Notes under the pieces: generated by a model | Seen by the model: the letters and a program-made list of their open reading frames with translations, nothing else | Databases searched by the model: none | Told to the model about the DNA's origin: nothing | NCBI GenBank assembly: GCA_002633005.1 | Contig: NMRA01000455.1 | Location: 172,652-236,651 of the forward strand | DNA length: 64,000 nucleotides | From: Phoronis australis | Taxonomy: Eukaryota > Animalia > Phoronida | Reading direction: 5' to 3' | Shown here: piece after piece, positions 1 to 13,700 of the stretch | How positions within the stretch are numbered: the stretch's first letter is position 1 | How the letters are laid out: each line of letters starts with the position of its first letter | Program-made: the position numbers and the translations under genes

Positions 1-1139
1 GTCGCAAGCTGGTCGCATAGAGATCAGTAGATTGGCATACCTACAGTTCACTTTGTCTTTCTTTGTTGTAATAAAGACAATGCAAGCATGTATCGGTAAC
101 CCTCTGATGTGTGCTCAAGGTATGATATCCATGCGACCTGTACTGTTATATCCAACAAAGATGTAATGAAGGAAACCAATGGCAGGGTCCCATAGGGCAT
201 AAGCACATTGCATGAACGTTGCAAGTTAAACAATACCTTGCGACTTCCACACGACATCATTTAAAATGGGAAAAAATCAGTGAATTCATACACCAAAACT
301 TAAAATTTTCAATTCTAAATGTATCACATCTTCTTCCTTTACTTAATGCTTACATTTATAAACAATACTGTGTAATGGATTGGACGTCTCTGTAACAATG
401 ATTACGCAGCACAGGTCACAAAGTTTTGACTGATTGGTCCGAAACAAGCAGGCGACCAGTCACTAACTGGTTGGAAAATAGTCAACTGCCAGGATAATTT
501 TTAGCAGATCACACAGTCAACTGCAAAACTGACTTCATCGCAGGTTTTTGAACATTCCCTTTAAACAAGTCAAGTTGTCACGCCACATTCACATTTTTAT
601 TGTCATCAGTTTGACTTTATGTTGCTTTACTGCACGCGCAAGAATTACAAAACTATGCCTCAGCATGCGGAGATGATTAGTTTTTTGTTCCAGTTGTTCG
701 ACCCAAGCGACGACTGCAGTGAAGACTGAGCTGATGACTCCAAGTAGACCGTTGTTTGTCTGGACTGAGTCGGTCAGACAGCCGATCACCGACTCACTGT
801 CGACTCATAGGACAAGCATTTGTGACCTCAGCCGTAGGAGTAAAATAATATTCAGTGATACAAGCAACTAGACTACAAACTACTAACAACTTATTATTTA
901 CAGATTGAGACTTATCTAATCACTACCAACTACTCATGACAAATTACTAAAGCCAAGCTACTAAACAATAAATACTACTCTACAGTAATTGCTAAGCACT
1001 ACGTAATAAACTACTAAAATTACTGTCTACTGACGACAGCTGTAACTGACAACTATCTAAAACTTATACTAATTGGTACTACTGATTACTACTTTACTAA
1101 TTTAAAAATTGTAATTGCTAACTTCTAACTACTGCCATC

Positions 1140-1415
1140 GACTACAAAACCACACCCACACCCACTACCAGCACCACCACCACAACCACAACCACNNNNN
1201 NNNNNNNNNNNNNNNNNNNNNNNNNNNNNNNNNNNNNNNNNNNNNNNNNNNNNNNNNNNNNNNNNNNNNNNNNNNNNNNNNNNNNNNNNNNNNNNNNNNN
1301 NNNNNNNNNNNNNACCACAACCACCACCACCACCACAACCACCATCACAACCACCGCAACCACTACTGCAACCACAACCACTACCACAATTATGCTCAAC
1401 AATACCACCACCACT
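1140..1415. repeat. (CAC/CAA)n low-complexity tract containing an N gap (1196-1313)
   Basis: Seen directly. Confidence 0.9.
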
Positions 1416-1484
1416 TCTACTAAAACTAATTACTACTTCCACCTCCACTGCTACTTCTAAAACAACTACAATTAGTAAAATTAC

Positions 1485-1714
1485 TTTGCCATTTCCATGC
1501 AAGGATCTTGTAAATTAGCCGATGAGTTGAGGTACTCTTTGGCCGCTGACAGCACCAGAAATGCAGCCCTCTCATAGGGGATCTCATGCTGGGTAACTGC
1601 CTGAGTGCCCGAGGGTCGCTTCTGGCGAACCACGTCTTTAGATCGACATAACATCTCCCCAGCCAACTTGATGTTGTCATGGTTACCGGAACAAAGAAGA
1701 CTTTCGGCAAAAAT
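1485..1714 (-). CDS. NBAS: NBAS exon 31 (IFAESLLCSG...EYLNSS...CMEMAK)
   Basis: Conserved motifs; AG/GT. Confidence 0.95.
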
Positions 1715-4700
1715 CTGAAATATTATTATAAATTTGTAAGATATTACATCACTGTTTCGCAAGGAAACAGAGTTGGACTTTCGTTTTTCAAATTGTATTC
1801 TTATTAAATGCGTACTTTCTTACCTTCAGAAACAGTTGTTGAGAAGAAAAGAACGGCAACAGTAAGTTAATAACTAACAGTTTTTTGTAATAAGAAGAGC
1901 ATGATAAATGGAGGGAAAAGGAGACGAATATAACTCCTGAGAACACAAAACCGTTACTGGAATTGAGTGCATGTGCCTAATTGTGGAGCTCAGTCGTGTT
2001 TGCTTATATTTTGTGAAACATTTGAGCACTGCCAGAAATATCTTGAGAAGAAATGCATTATTTTGAATAGAGGCGCATGCACGAACTTGAGGGTTTAAAC
2101 AAAAGTTTTATATTTCATCTAGAGCATCACTGCTTACACTGCGTGAAATAAAATGGTTTTGTGTATTTTTAGAACTCATTTCAAAGTGTGCCTAAAATAC
2201 GACCATGTAACTTAGGCGCATGTGCCTGTATGCAAAACATTTGGGTAGAAAAATCTTGCAAAAAATGCATTATCCATACGTAGGTAAATGTAGTTGTGGG
2301 GTTTTATGGCATTGCAAAAGACCGTGTGATTTGTGAAGACTTGTGGACCAATCTAAAAATGCCGATATGCAAACTCGAGAGTTCACAAAATAATGCACAA
2401 GAACTGATCACTCCCTGAACAGTGTTTCTTCAATCTTGCTAAGTTAGCATAAACACACCACAGTATTTGCCACAAAATCACTACATACCTACATGATACT
2501 ATGCTCTCACCTCATAACAATCCTGTACAGTGACACACTTGAACACTTTAGCCTGCAGTTCCCGAATGTCTGTCAACAGCTGTTTCCATTCGATGCTAGT
2601 AGGTGGCGGTTCTCGCCGACCGGCTGCGCGGCACAGGCACACCAGTAGGTTACGCGATGCCGTCACGCTGTGCTGGTTATCTTTCAAAAATGAGACTGGT
2701 CGACTGATATTATTCTTCTCAAGGATTTCCGCAGCACTGTGGCAGAAAAAAAGATGAAAAATATTAGTCTAGAGTGAAAGATTGCAAAGTGCACAGTCGC
2801 GTATGGTACTGGGAAATTCTATATTTAGTAATTGTCACAAATTTTATACGACGGAAGAAATTAGCCGTTATTCGATACTTGTTTACCAAGTAAAGATGGC
2901 GGTAGAGATGATGAAGGACAAATTATGAATTGCCATATTCAGTACTAGCCAATAGTATTCAGACAAAATGACCCGGAATTCCCTGTCAAATTTGTCTTCC
3001 ATGATCACTGGGGAATTACCAGGAAAGTCAGTGAAGTGGCCAAGCCATCATGTGCACAGAATTTTGTCACTTAATAATTCTTACCCAGTAGCTTTATTTG
3101 CTGTGCAAACAATTAGCCGTCACGAAGACAAAACACATTACTTTAGTCTTGTACTGTAAATGATTTTAACCGTTTGCTGTTTACCTCACATTACTTTAGT
3201 CTTGTACTGTAAATGATTTTAACCGTTTGCTGTTTACCTCACATTACTTTAGTCTTGTACTGTAAATGATTTTAACCGTTTGCTGTTTACCTCAAATTAC
3301 TTTAGTCTTGTACTGTAAATGATTTTAACCGTTTGCTGTTTACCTCACATTACTTTAGTCTTGTACTGTAAATGATTTTAACCGTTTGCTGCTTACCTCA
3401 AATGATTTTCCAGAGTGTCCACTTGGTCATGCAGTCGAGAAGAAGTCTCGGTGACAAGCCTGATGAAGACAGTGTTGAATATAATATATGACTGGCTTTG
3501 TTTATTAAATACTGTATAGCCAACAGGTCTATAGGACTGCGTATCATTGATATCTACTGACATTACAGACTAGGATGTTTACATGTAGGCATTAAAACCA
3601 AATGCAACGAAACATTTTTAATTGCTTAAAAGCAAAATTTCTAAGAAGTTAGCAGCCAAATATGAAATTTAATTCTAATGGATACAGTTATGATTTTTAT
3701 TGTAAATTATTTAATAGTAAGCATTTGTGTATCATTAGGACATGATTTCATAAATAAAATCCAGTTGAAATGCCACAAAAATGATGAACATTTTGCACTA
3801 ATTATAACGCACTAAAGGTTCTCATTGTTATGCGTTATGTGTATGCGGTGTTCACGCAATGGATTTTTAATGTTTATTTTCTAAAGTTTTAAGTTATCAC
3901 AAGTTTCCCAGAATAGAAATTTTCACTTTAATGAGCTTATTTCATGCAAAAATAGATGTATTTTCATGCTAATTGTTTCCTCGCATAATTAGGCTTGCAA
4001 CATAAGGGTTCTCACTGATTAAAATGAAAATTTCCACGTTACTTTCTGCCCTTTTTCATTTCTCTGCACTTTTCCATCCCTGTAAACTACATTTTTTCAA
4101 GTTCCAAATTTCCATAAACAGTGAAAACCCTTTACCTTAAATTTTGCTGCAAAAAATTATGAATCAGCTGATAAGACGTTTAATTACTTTTAGCAAATTA
4201 AAATATGTTCAGGAATTTTCAGCATGACATTTTAACACATTACTTCTACTAGAACTAAGGAAAGTTCGACTGTGGTTGACAATCTTACCCAAATCCTTTT
4301 TGTGGCAAACATTCCAGAATACTGAACGCAAAACCTAACTGGTCAGTCCTGCAAAAAGGAAAAGCAGACATAACAAAACAGTCTTATTAGAAGTCAGTCT
4401 CTTGAAACCATCACTTAATATATGCCACTGCCCACAACTATGAGAAGAATCTCTTGACAATCATTCTGATTCAGAGCAACATAACGAGTCATCAGTCATG
4501 TGACCTGATGTCGATGAGAATTTGACACTTAACACAAAATGAAGCCAGACTTTGAAAGCTGCAATTCAGTTGACCTCAAGACATCAAAGAGCATTATGCC
4601 ACATGTTCATCATTGAACTGATATGCCAGATAATTCGCAGCGATTTCGACAAAGTGCGCGGAACAACAGCTGCGAAGACTTGGCCAAAACTGAAAATGGT

Positions 4701-7700
4701 TCTCGTCGAAAAGAAGAGTTTAGTTGCAGTTTTGTGTTTTGTGAAATTTTGTCAAATTTCAACATTGTCTAATCTCTAACTATGACAAGTTAATGGCTTC
4801 ATCCTGAATTGATTTCACAGTCCTCACAACAAAAATGCACACTTTATCCATTATAATTCACTTCTTCCAAACACTTTTTCAGCTAAGCCAACACCTCCCA
4901 CAAACACAGAATCATAATAGCTGCAAATGTTACAAAAAATGCAAATAAACATTAGACGACAAAATTGTAACATTTACTCTGAGCATTGTAACTCTGACCC
5001 CACAAGGTCAAAGGTCAGTGGAGACTGAGGTAAGTCTCACACAGCGTTAGGATTTATTTATTCTTTGAAATATTACAGTAACCTCTGACCTTTGACACAG
5101 ATAGATGCATTCCATGGCAACAGACATCAGTTGGTTCTCATCTTTAATCACTTTCTTGGTTACCTTTAAAAAACAATGGTTACTATCAGATCATGACAAA
5201 TAAACCCATATCATAACATCATAACAAGAACACTTAACAGTAATATTTACAGCTTCATTGCTATTGTCAGCTACAAACAACTCTGACTGAGGCTACATAA
5301 AAAATTCCTCACTTGTCCAGTTTGGCTCAGAGGTGTGTTAATAGCCCCACATTTCAAAAACAAGATCAATCTTTATGCGTTTTTCAACATTCATCGTTGA
5401 GGAGATGGAACTGGACAGTTGTCCAATGGCTACCTGCCACATGTGAGGTGCATTCTAGCAACTGGAGAGAAAGGAGCAAAAGCATAAGAGTTACGTTGAT
5501 CTAGTTCAAATTATTGGTTTAGAAATGACGTCCAAACGAGGTATTGCAGCCTCGAAAGTGCTCGACTCATGTTCTGAACATGAAATCAAATAAATTCAAT
5601 GTACTGAAGTACCAAAATGATGTGATCGGTTTATTTCAATCTAATTTTTTGATAAATCCCCAACGACAACAAAGAGATACCCAGTTGTCCAAACTCCCCT
5701 TGTCTTCCAAATATAAATCACAATACAGAACTGAAATAAAATCGTATGAGCATGAAAATCAAAAACTGACACTAGGCACGGATCCAGGATTTTTAAAAAG
5801 GGGGTCGGATCAAGAAGTTTTTTAACAAAGAAGGGTCCAAGTCAACAATTTGAAATTTCTAGATTTGATATCACTAAAATCAAGGGAAAAGGGGGAACCA
5901 TACCCCCTTGATCCCCCTAGATCCACCCATGGACACTAATGGTAAAATCTCATCAATTTTCAACAAAAATAGTTGCCAAGGTTTCTAACATTGCTGTGAA
6001 TGCCATAATTTCTCAAAATCATTACGAAAAGGTAGCTATGGTACACATACTGAATAACATGTTTGGTGTTATTATCTTTTGCGAAGAAATGAAAGAAATT
6101 ATTTCACTTGTCGGCCACATTGTGTACTAAATTGGTGAGACTTTATCGCATACACTTTCATAATCCACATATTACAGCGATGATACATGACAATGAATGG
6201 CTCTATCTCAACATTAACAAAGCTCACCGTAGCCTTTGACGCTTCGATGACTTTGAAGCACAGAGTCAGATCATCAACTGCAAGACTTGTTAAATACTGA
6301 CGGATGAGGTCACTACTATTGCCAATGCCATTATCCTCAGTTCGGTTGAGGAATGGAACGAACCAGCGGTGAAGGTTCTTGGTAAACATTTCCTCGGACG
6401 ACTGAAATGGCAAAGATTGAGCCCTTCAACAATGAACATCTGACATGTTTTAGAAAACAGAGAATTAAACAAACGAATCCGTGAAAATTTTGTTTAATCC
6501 TACGTACTGTTGCATTACATGATTTTACTTCATTTTCGAACTGGGCAGACTTAAAATTCAGTCCCTCGATGACCTTTCAATAAGGTTTTAACCAGTTTGC
6601 ATCGACTAATTTTGTTTTTCCGAAAGAGTTAGATTTTTTAGTTTACTATCACGTATTTTTGTCAGGCTCTGCCTCATTAATAGTGATTACAAAGCCATGA
6701 AACTGAAGCAACTCTTAGGTTAGACTTCTCTTGATGTAAACTCATCGAAAGAGAAATTGGAGTACAATGGCCCAATAAGCTGTATTACTCCCTAAAACAC
6801 AGCAATATGCGGAGACTGTAAAATGAACAATGAGATGTCACCATAATTGCAACAAGTCATGACGTAAGGAGAATTTACAAATGAGAACAGGACTGTTATT
6901 TTGTTTAAAATCATGAAATGCAGTTCAGCCACTGAATAGACTTTGTCTGGACTCCCTTCTGTTTGGCAAGCCGTGAGGCACACCAGAGGGTTCTAGTAAT
7001 CCAGTGGCTCCACTGTGACATCATTATGCCGAACAGTCGGTAAACTTCCAGAGCAAATACTGTTTGGTTTGTTTGGTATTAAAAGACAAGAATTTGCTGA
7101 ATTTTTTTAACAGTCATTTTAAGGTCAACGGAACCAATGGGTGATTTCTGTGAAACTCATTTAATTTTGAGGAACAAATTATGGCAAATAAAATATGATA
7201 AGCCCCGTACCGCAGACATCAGTGCTTGGAGTTTCTCTAGCTGACTCATTTCTTGGAATTGGGCAAAGGTCAAAGTCACTGGGTTGTTGCCTTCGTATAC
7301 CATAGACTCCATAGCAACCAGGTCACTGTAAATGACTTCTAGTCCCTGGAAACGCAAGCAAGCAGATAAAGTTAATGCACAGTGTTGCTCTCTGTTACTT
7401 GGTTGGTTTGCTGCACTCAAGCAGGACACAATTTCTAAGTGCATTCAATTTAAAATTGGATGAAGTATGAAGCAATTTATTAAAAAAATAGACACTTATA
7501 ATATCTCACCACAAACCCAACACAGTTAATTTTAAGCCACTCAGGGCCAATGAGCAGTAACTCCACTGCTAAGACTGAAAACTAGTTTATTTACTAACAC
7601 AAAAGTCATGTGAACAGCCATTTTACTTTCATTACGGAAAAATCATTAGTTATTAGTTAAACCAAGTTTTCAACCATTTGGTTCACATCTCGTTGGAAAT

Positions 7701-10700
7701 TTAGGCAGTCACATACATCAAATGAATTAAGGTCAAACAAGTCATACCGGCACGTCCCTCTCTTGGCCCAGTTTAATTAGCTCCACTGCGTTGTCCACCT
7801 GCTGGGCAAACTCTTCAATCTCGCACGCCCGCCTCGCATACCACCGACTCACGACCTCCAAGTCGGGGTCATGAGTTCTGAATGAGAAACATAGAAGCAC
7901 TCATTATGAAACTTTTTAAATTTCGGTAAAAATATCTATTAGTAAAAGCGCTACCTTTTGAGCCTTAATGAGGGCGACTCTTCATGAAGAGCAATGATCA
8001 ACACTACAACTGCAGTTACAGTTACCTGAATTTCTCCAATGCTGGGTCATCCTCATAGAGAAACAGTCCGAGATCAACAGGGTTGGGATTGATAGCCAGT
8101 CTAAAGAGAGAAACATAGTGTGAGTTTGCAATATTGACACTCTCCATAACGTGCCACCTGTCTGGACTGAGCATTACGCAATGTGATTAATGAAAATTTT
8201 CACCAAAACTATATGCATGCACACAGGAGAAGACTAACAGAAAACTGTCTTAGTTTCTTTTTGCCACAAATATTCATTACAATCACACAAAGTGCAATTT
8301 GCTGCACGTACATTCATTTCAGAAAATAGCATCATTTTTACCTTATTTAGTTTCTAGTATCCTAAATATAGGCTCAGGCTTATACTGGGAAAAGGGGCCC
8401 ATAAATGGAAGCTTCAACGAAAATATTCCAATACAATTGTTTTTTTAGTGTTGCAAAATCTAGATGGCTTAAAAATGATGTAATGATTGTACATTGTGCA
8501 TCTAAATCAACTAACAACAACTGTTAATAAGAATAAATATCCTGTGGTTTGTAGTGATATAGAAACATCACGCTGTGACACAGAGTAAAACAATTATCAC
8601 CAAATGTGTGAGTCTGACTGTTGCACTTGTATGCTGATTATCAGGGACCTGTCTCAAAGGAACTTTATCATTTTCATTGCATACATCCAGCCTGAAACAC
8701 ACCGAAGGACTCCAGACTTCAGCAAGATTGGGACAGACTCATGCACCGGTAGGTGGTCATTTCTTCAAGTCCCATGCTACACCCTCATTCACAGAAATAA
8801 AAACACTCTCGCAATATTTCATCACGTAAGAGTTCAAATGTTCCAACAGTCTTATATATCCTTCAAGATGTAATTGTCTGTAGTATTTTCCCAGTCGAAC
8901 CAGTTTATGGAAATCCTAAATGGAATATCTCGCTAAGCATCAGCAAACTTGGACCATGCTTACTTTATACTGAGCTGCACACGTGCTAACAAAGGAACTT
9001 TTTTTGATGCTCAATACACAGTACAATGTATAAGAAACAGTCGTGTTGTTGACTTACTGACAGGTGTCTGACTCCACCCAGTCTTCAGCCCTCCACTTGT
9101 CTTCAGGCCAGGCCACCACCTCCGAGTTACTATGGAGAAAAGGTGATTGGCACTTCACTGACATCACAGTAAACAGAGACATTGACCATACAGTGTTTTT
9201 ATAAATGGCAAACTTCATTCAACAAAACTGAAGATTGTAACAAGTGAAAGAATAAGATTAGCCTTTAGTGAAGTATTGGATGACCTAAACATGTAAGTGA
9301 ATTTTTCTATGAAATTGTTCACCAAAACAGATGTTAGATGTTGGCTAATTCACATGCCAGAAGATTTGATGCTCAGAATTTTGCCACTAAGCAAACAAGA
9401 CTTGTATATAGCACATAAAAGAACTTAATGGGTGTTTCATTTTTATAAAAGCAACATTTTTTTTCTTTTACCAGTCATGTTACAAAACAGTGTAGATTAA
9501 ATTAAAATATTCTAATCTCATTCAATACAATACGACCATGCCAAGTCATCATGGGAAATCAGACCACCTTCTACACCGACCGATTCATTAGGAATACAAA
9601 ATACAACTCCATGCGCAATATCAAAATTTGGAGTATGTAGAAAGGGCTAAAGGTAATCGTAAAAGGCCAACATCAACACTTACATCACCTCGGGAAGAAG
9701 CTCTCTGTAGTCAAATGGCGACATAGTCTCTGGGAAGTTGGCAAGTATAGCAAGTTTGTTGTGAAGTAAGTCCGAGCCATGGTAGGTGAAAAGGTAGAAA
9801 AGTGCATTGACGTCACCGGCCTTGAATGAACAGAAAAACAAAACTGATTTCTTTGAGGGAGAAATTTTCAGCCTAGAGTGTGGGTTGCACAATTATAATG
9901 AAAATTGACAAGGTCTGTCGATGAAGTTCCTGTTTTATTCATGCCAGCTGTTCTGCTGGGATCCAACTAGACAAACAAAATGTTCTAGTTACAATCAAGG
10001 GAATAGAAAGATGTTGTTTTTTCAGATAAATCCTGGTAATACGAAGACATTTATCAAAATCCAATGATAGTGGAAATTTTCCATGAGCGTTAAGTTTGAA
10101 AACTTACTAGTTAATTTTTTCACAAAATTTGACCTACTCTGGCATAGTCCACGGCTGCCTGAACTATGTTTTGTGAACGCAACTTTTGGTAAAACTTGTG
10201 GTCAAAGCGTTCTTCAGCAGCATGAGGTCCGCCCAAGATAGCTTCGTACGTCGACAACCGGTCCAAGTACCGCAAGAGCTTCTGACGTATTTTGCACAGT
10301 TCACGTTGTTCCAAGGTCAAACTGAGATTAAAAGACAACCTTATGAAAATCCCACACATTGTTCGTTAGGTCAAGTAATCTGACAAACTTCAAATCAATC
10401 TTACCAATAAATCAACCGATGGACTCCGCTCCATCCACACGTCAGTCATAAATTAAATGTGTAATAAAGAAGACTGACTCTACATATTAAAGAAACAAAA
10501 CAAAGGGTTCTACACCAAAATGAACCAAAATAATTACTTTCACAGAAAGTGCCGTACTCAGCTTTCGTTACAAATGATATTTCAGAAATTCAAAGTCTCT
10601 TGCAAGGAGTAGCAATTTTCATTTGGAATAAAGTATCATGATTAAACTGTTAAGCTGACAAAATTTGACGGACAAATATAAATGTAAACTGCGTGTAGAT

Positions 10701-13700
10701 CATTTTTCTGCAATGCACATTAAGAGACAAAACAGCACACTATATTTTTATGAAGTTGTATGCATTTGAACTATCTTTAAATACACTCATCTAGTAGAAG
10801 TGAAGACAGACTTTAAATTAGAGGGCATTACTTTTGAAAGTCGCACTCAGAAAACAACTTCTGCTGTCGTTCCTTAAACTTTTCTTTGGAATCTTCTTCG
10901 TTGAAGGAGTCGTCTAATTCGTGAAAAGTGTCACACAGGATGAAACTGAAAATAATTGCGAGAGACAGGGACCAATTTAAAATACAAACTAAATAGCTTA
11001 TCTTCAATCTTTACAAACTACACTGGACATTAAGTACAAACTGATGAAAAATTCTTACTGAAAAGCTTTGCAACTTTTATCTAATTAGTAAATATTAAAC
11101 TTCATTTGCCATGATGATAGACAAGACTCGTCACCTCTTGCCCTTCTCAGACAAAATACAATTTCCCTGTCGTAACACGTCATTCAATCTACTCTACTGG
11201 TGCATTCTACTTGCCGTTATTATGGAAAATTCCAGGTCACTTTATCTGATTATTATTTAATTTACTGCATTACCTGGGAAGGCTATTAAATTGTAAAGCG
11301 ACCGTTTTAATTACCACTTTTTATTTCTATTCACCGAGTCCATCAAAAACAAAGATTCAAAAAGAGTATTCATGCAAGCTCTGATTTCAATTTTTTCGAC
11401 ATTACACTGCCAAAGTCTGCAGTTTCGGGCAAGATAACTTACTGCCCATGGTCAGTCCTTTCGCCAATAGATGTCAGCGCCTCCAAGTCAGTCCCCCTGA
11501 GTCCGTAGTTCAGTAGCTCACGCATGGCGTCGATGTTCTCAGGAACTCTTTCCAAGCACTCATGAAGCACCCACGACCGCTTTTTTATTTTCCTCTGCAA
11601 AAACATAAAAGGGAAAAAAATCAATGCAGTTATAACGGGTTGGAGGAAAAAAGAAAAGGTAATTACACTAGGCTGTGCACTCGTTGGAGAGTGTTCAACA
11701 AATTGAATGTGAACGTTACATAGGTGAGATGGAAAAATATGCGAAAATTTAATGTAATATAGCTCTTTAAAGGGTAATAAAGGTAATGGTTGGATACAAC
11801 GTGCCACAATTTTGAGAACCAGTTTTCTTCACTGAATAACGAGCATCAAACTGGTTCTCAAACTACGGGCACTTTATATCCTACTATTGCCTTTTAAAGA
11901 CCAATTTAAGTATGGTAATTCTCCACTTATTTCACACAAAAATAAATTTGTCAAAATTATTTTTGTCATTTTCTACTTTTCAAAGGCTGAATACTTTACT
12001 GCAAGCAACGAACAATTTACCAAAAGTTAATTTATGAAATCTACACTTTAAAATCAAGCAAGTAATAGAGTAAATTTTTCTTAATCTTTATCTTCGTGGA
12101 GAAATTTAGCAAAATAGAATTTCACTTGTCAGCCATATCATATGCTAAACAAGAGATTACCGTACATTGATGATAGACATCAAACAAATTATACTAACAC
12201 TGATTAGAAGGAGTCAGTTACACAGTTTTACATAACAAGTTGGCAGCTGAGTGTCATAGTGATACGATGGGTTGAAATAATTACAAACTCTCAACAGTAA
12301 ACTATTTCTAGCTATACAGCACATGTCAAAAGTGCAAATACTGTATCCTTGTTACAACAGATAATGACCCCCCCCCCACCACCACCACCACTTGTCATGG
12401 TGAGTCATTTTAACAACTCTGATGACCAGTGGAAGACTTTCAGGAAGTAATGGGTATTGATCACGTGGGACCACTGACTCGTACCACCCCCTGCTGAACC
12501 AGAAGTTACTTTGTCTTCCCAGCAGGTGGCATAGGAGAAAAGGCCATTTTACAGAATATGTGATTACAAAGAATGTGTTTCAAACAAAAGTTATAAAATG
12601 CCTCCTCTTCCTCAAGAGGCCACTGGTATCCGGTCCTACATGACCAGTTGCCAAGTTGCTCTTTGAAAGTCTCCCACTTCGCTTGTGCTTAGCCAATATG
12701 ATGAGATATTCCGGATCATTTTGTCCGATTATTTTCCGCATGTGTCGTGAAACTCCACTGCCTATAACATACCAAGTAGTCCTGTATAGAGGCAACAGAG
12801 ACTTGAGACTTCCGCCACTGTTTTTGATAGACTTTATCACTGTCCAGGCCATAACTCTTGGCCAGGGCTAGGGCCTCACCATACTCTTCATTGTCAATCT
12901 GAGCAGGGGAGATAAAACACGTTTACTTAGCTAACATCAAGATGCAGACTTCCACCAACGGGAACAAGTGTTACTGTAAAAAAATCTATTGTTTCGACAG
13001 CTCTGAAACTTGGGACACCAAAATTCAAAGTGAAGTTGATTTCTTGAAGATTGGAACATGGGTGATTTTAGCATTATTCTAAAGAAATATGGACATCGGG
13101 TTTTGTACCAACAGACTGAAAACATTTTTGCGTACACTTGCCTATTCTAAACCCTAAGGTTCCTAATTCATTTTGTCCAACGAAGAGCCTTGAATATCTT
13201 CCCAAAATCAATCTATTAACTGTTTACGATAGTCCCTCACGCATAACGGCAATTCATCTGATAAGTGTTCATTTTACATACTACACAGTCCAAAATGCTA
13301 AATTTAGTTTCATGCGCCACCATCATCAACAAAAATGACCAATCATTTTCCACTGATACAATCATTCAGTTTGAAGTTTGCCCTGACCTCTTCATTAGTA
13401 AATGTGAAGAGAGCAATTCAAAATGTCATCGAACAATAGGGCAGCAAGTTGAAAACCAGATTTCTGCTACTGCTGTTGCTGCAACTGCTGCTGCTATTGC
13501 TGCTGCAATTTCGCTTAAAATTCTTCTATTCTATTTGATTAGATGCTCACCATTGCTATTCCCCATCTAACCCTGGTAGTGATGAACTGTCACATTAATT
13601 CCAAAGACATAAATCAAATAGTCCCAATGCTAAAACAAATCACGGTACCTTACGAGTGTACAGTTCTTCTGGCGTGGTCGACTTCAAAGAGACAAGACGA

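Noticed and set aside
1115-1502. His-, Gly/Cys- and Val-rich ORFs
   Set aside because: Translations of a CAC/CAA simple repeat with an N gap inside an NBAS intron
12415-12507. TGATGA...CTGA C/D snoRNA-like spacing
   Set aside because: Antisense to the host gene, imperfect box C, no recognisable rRNA guide
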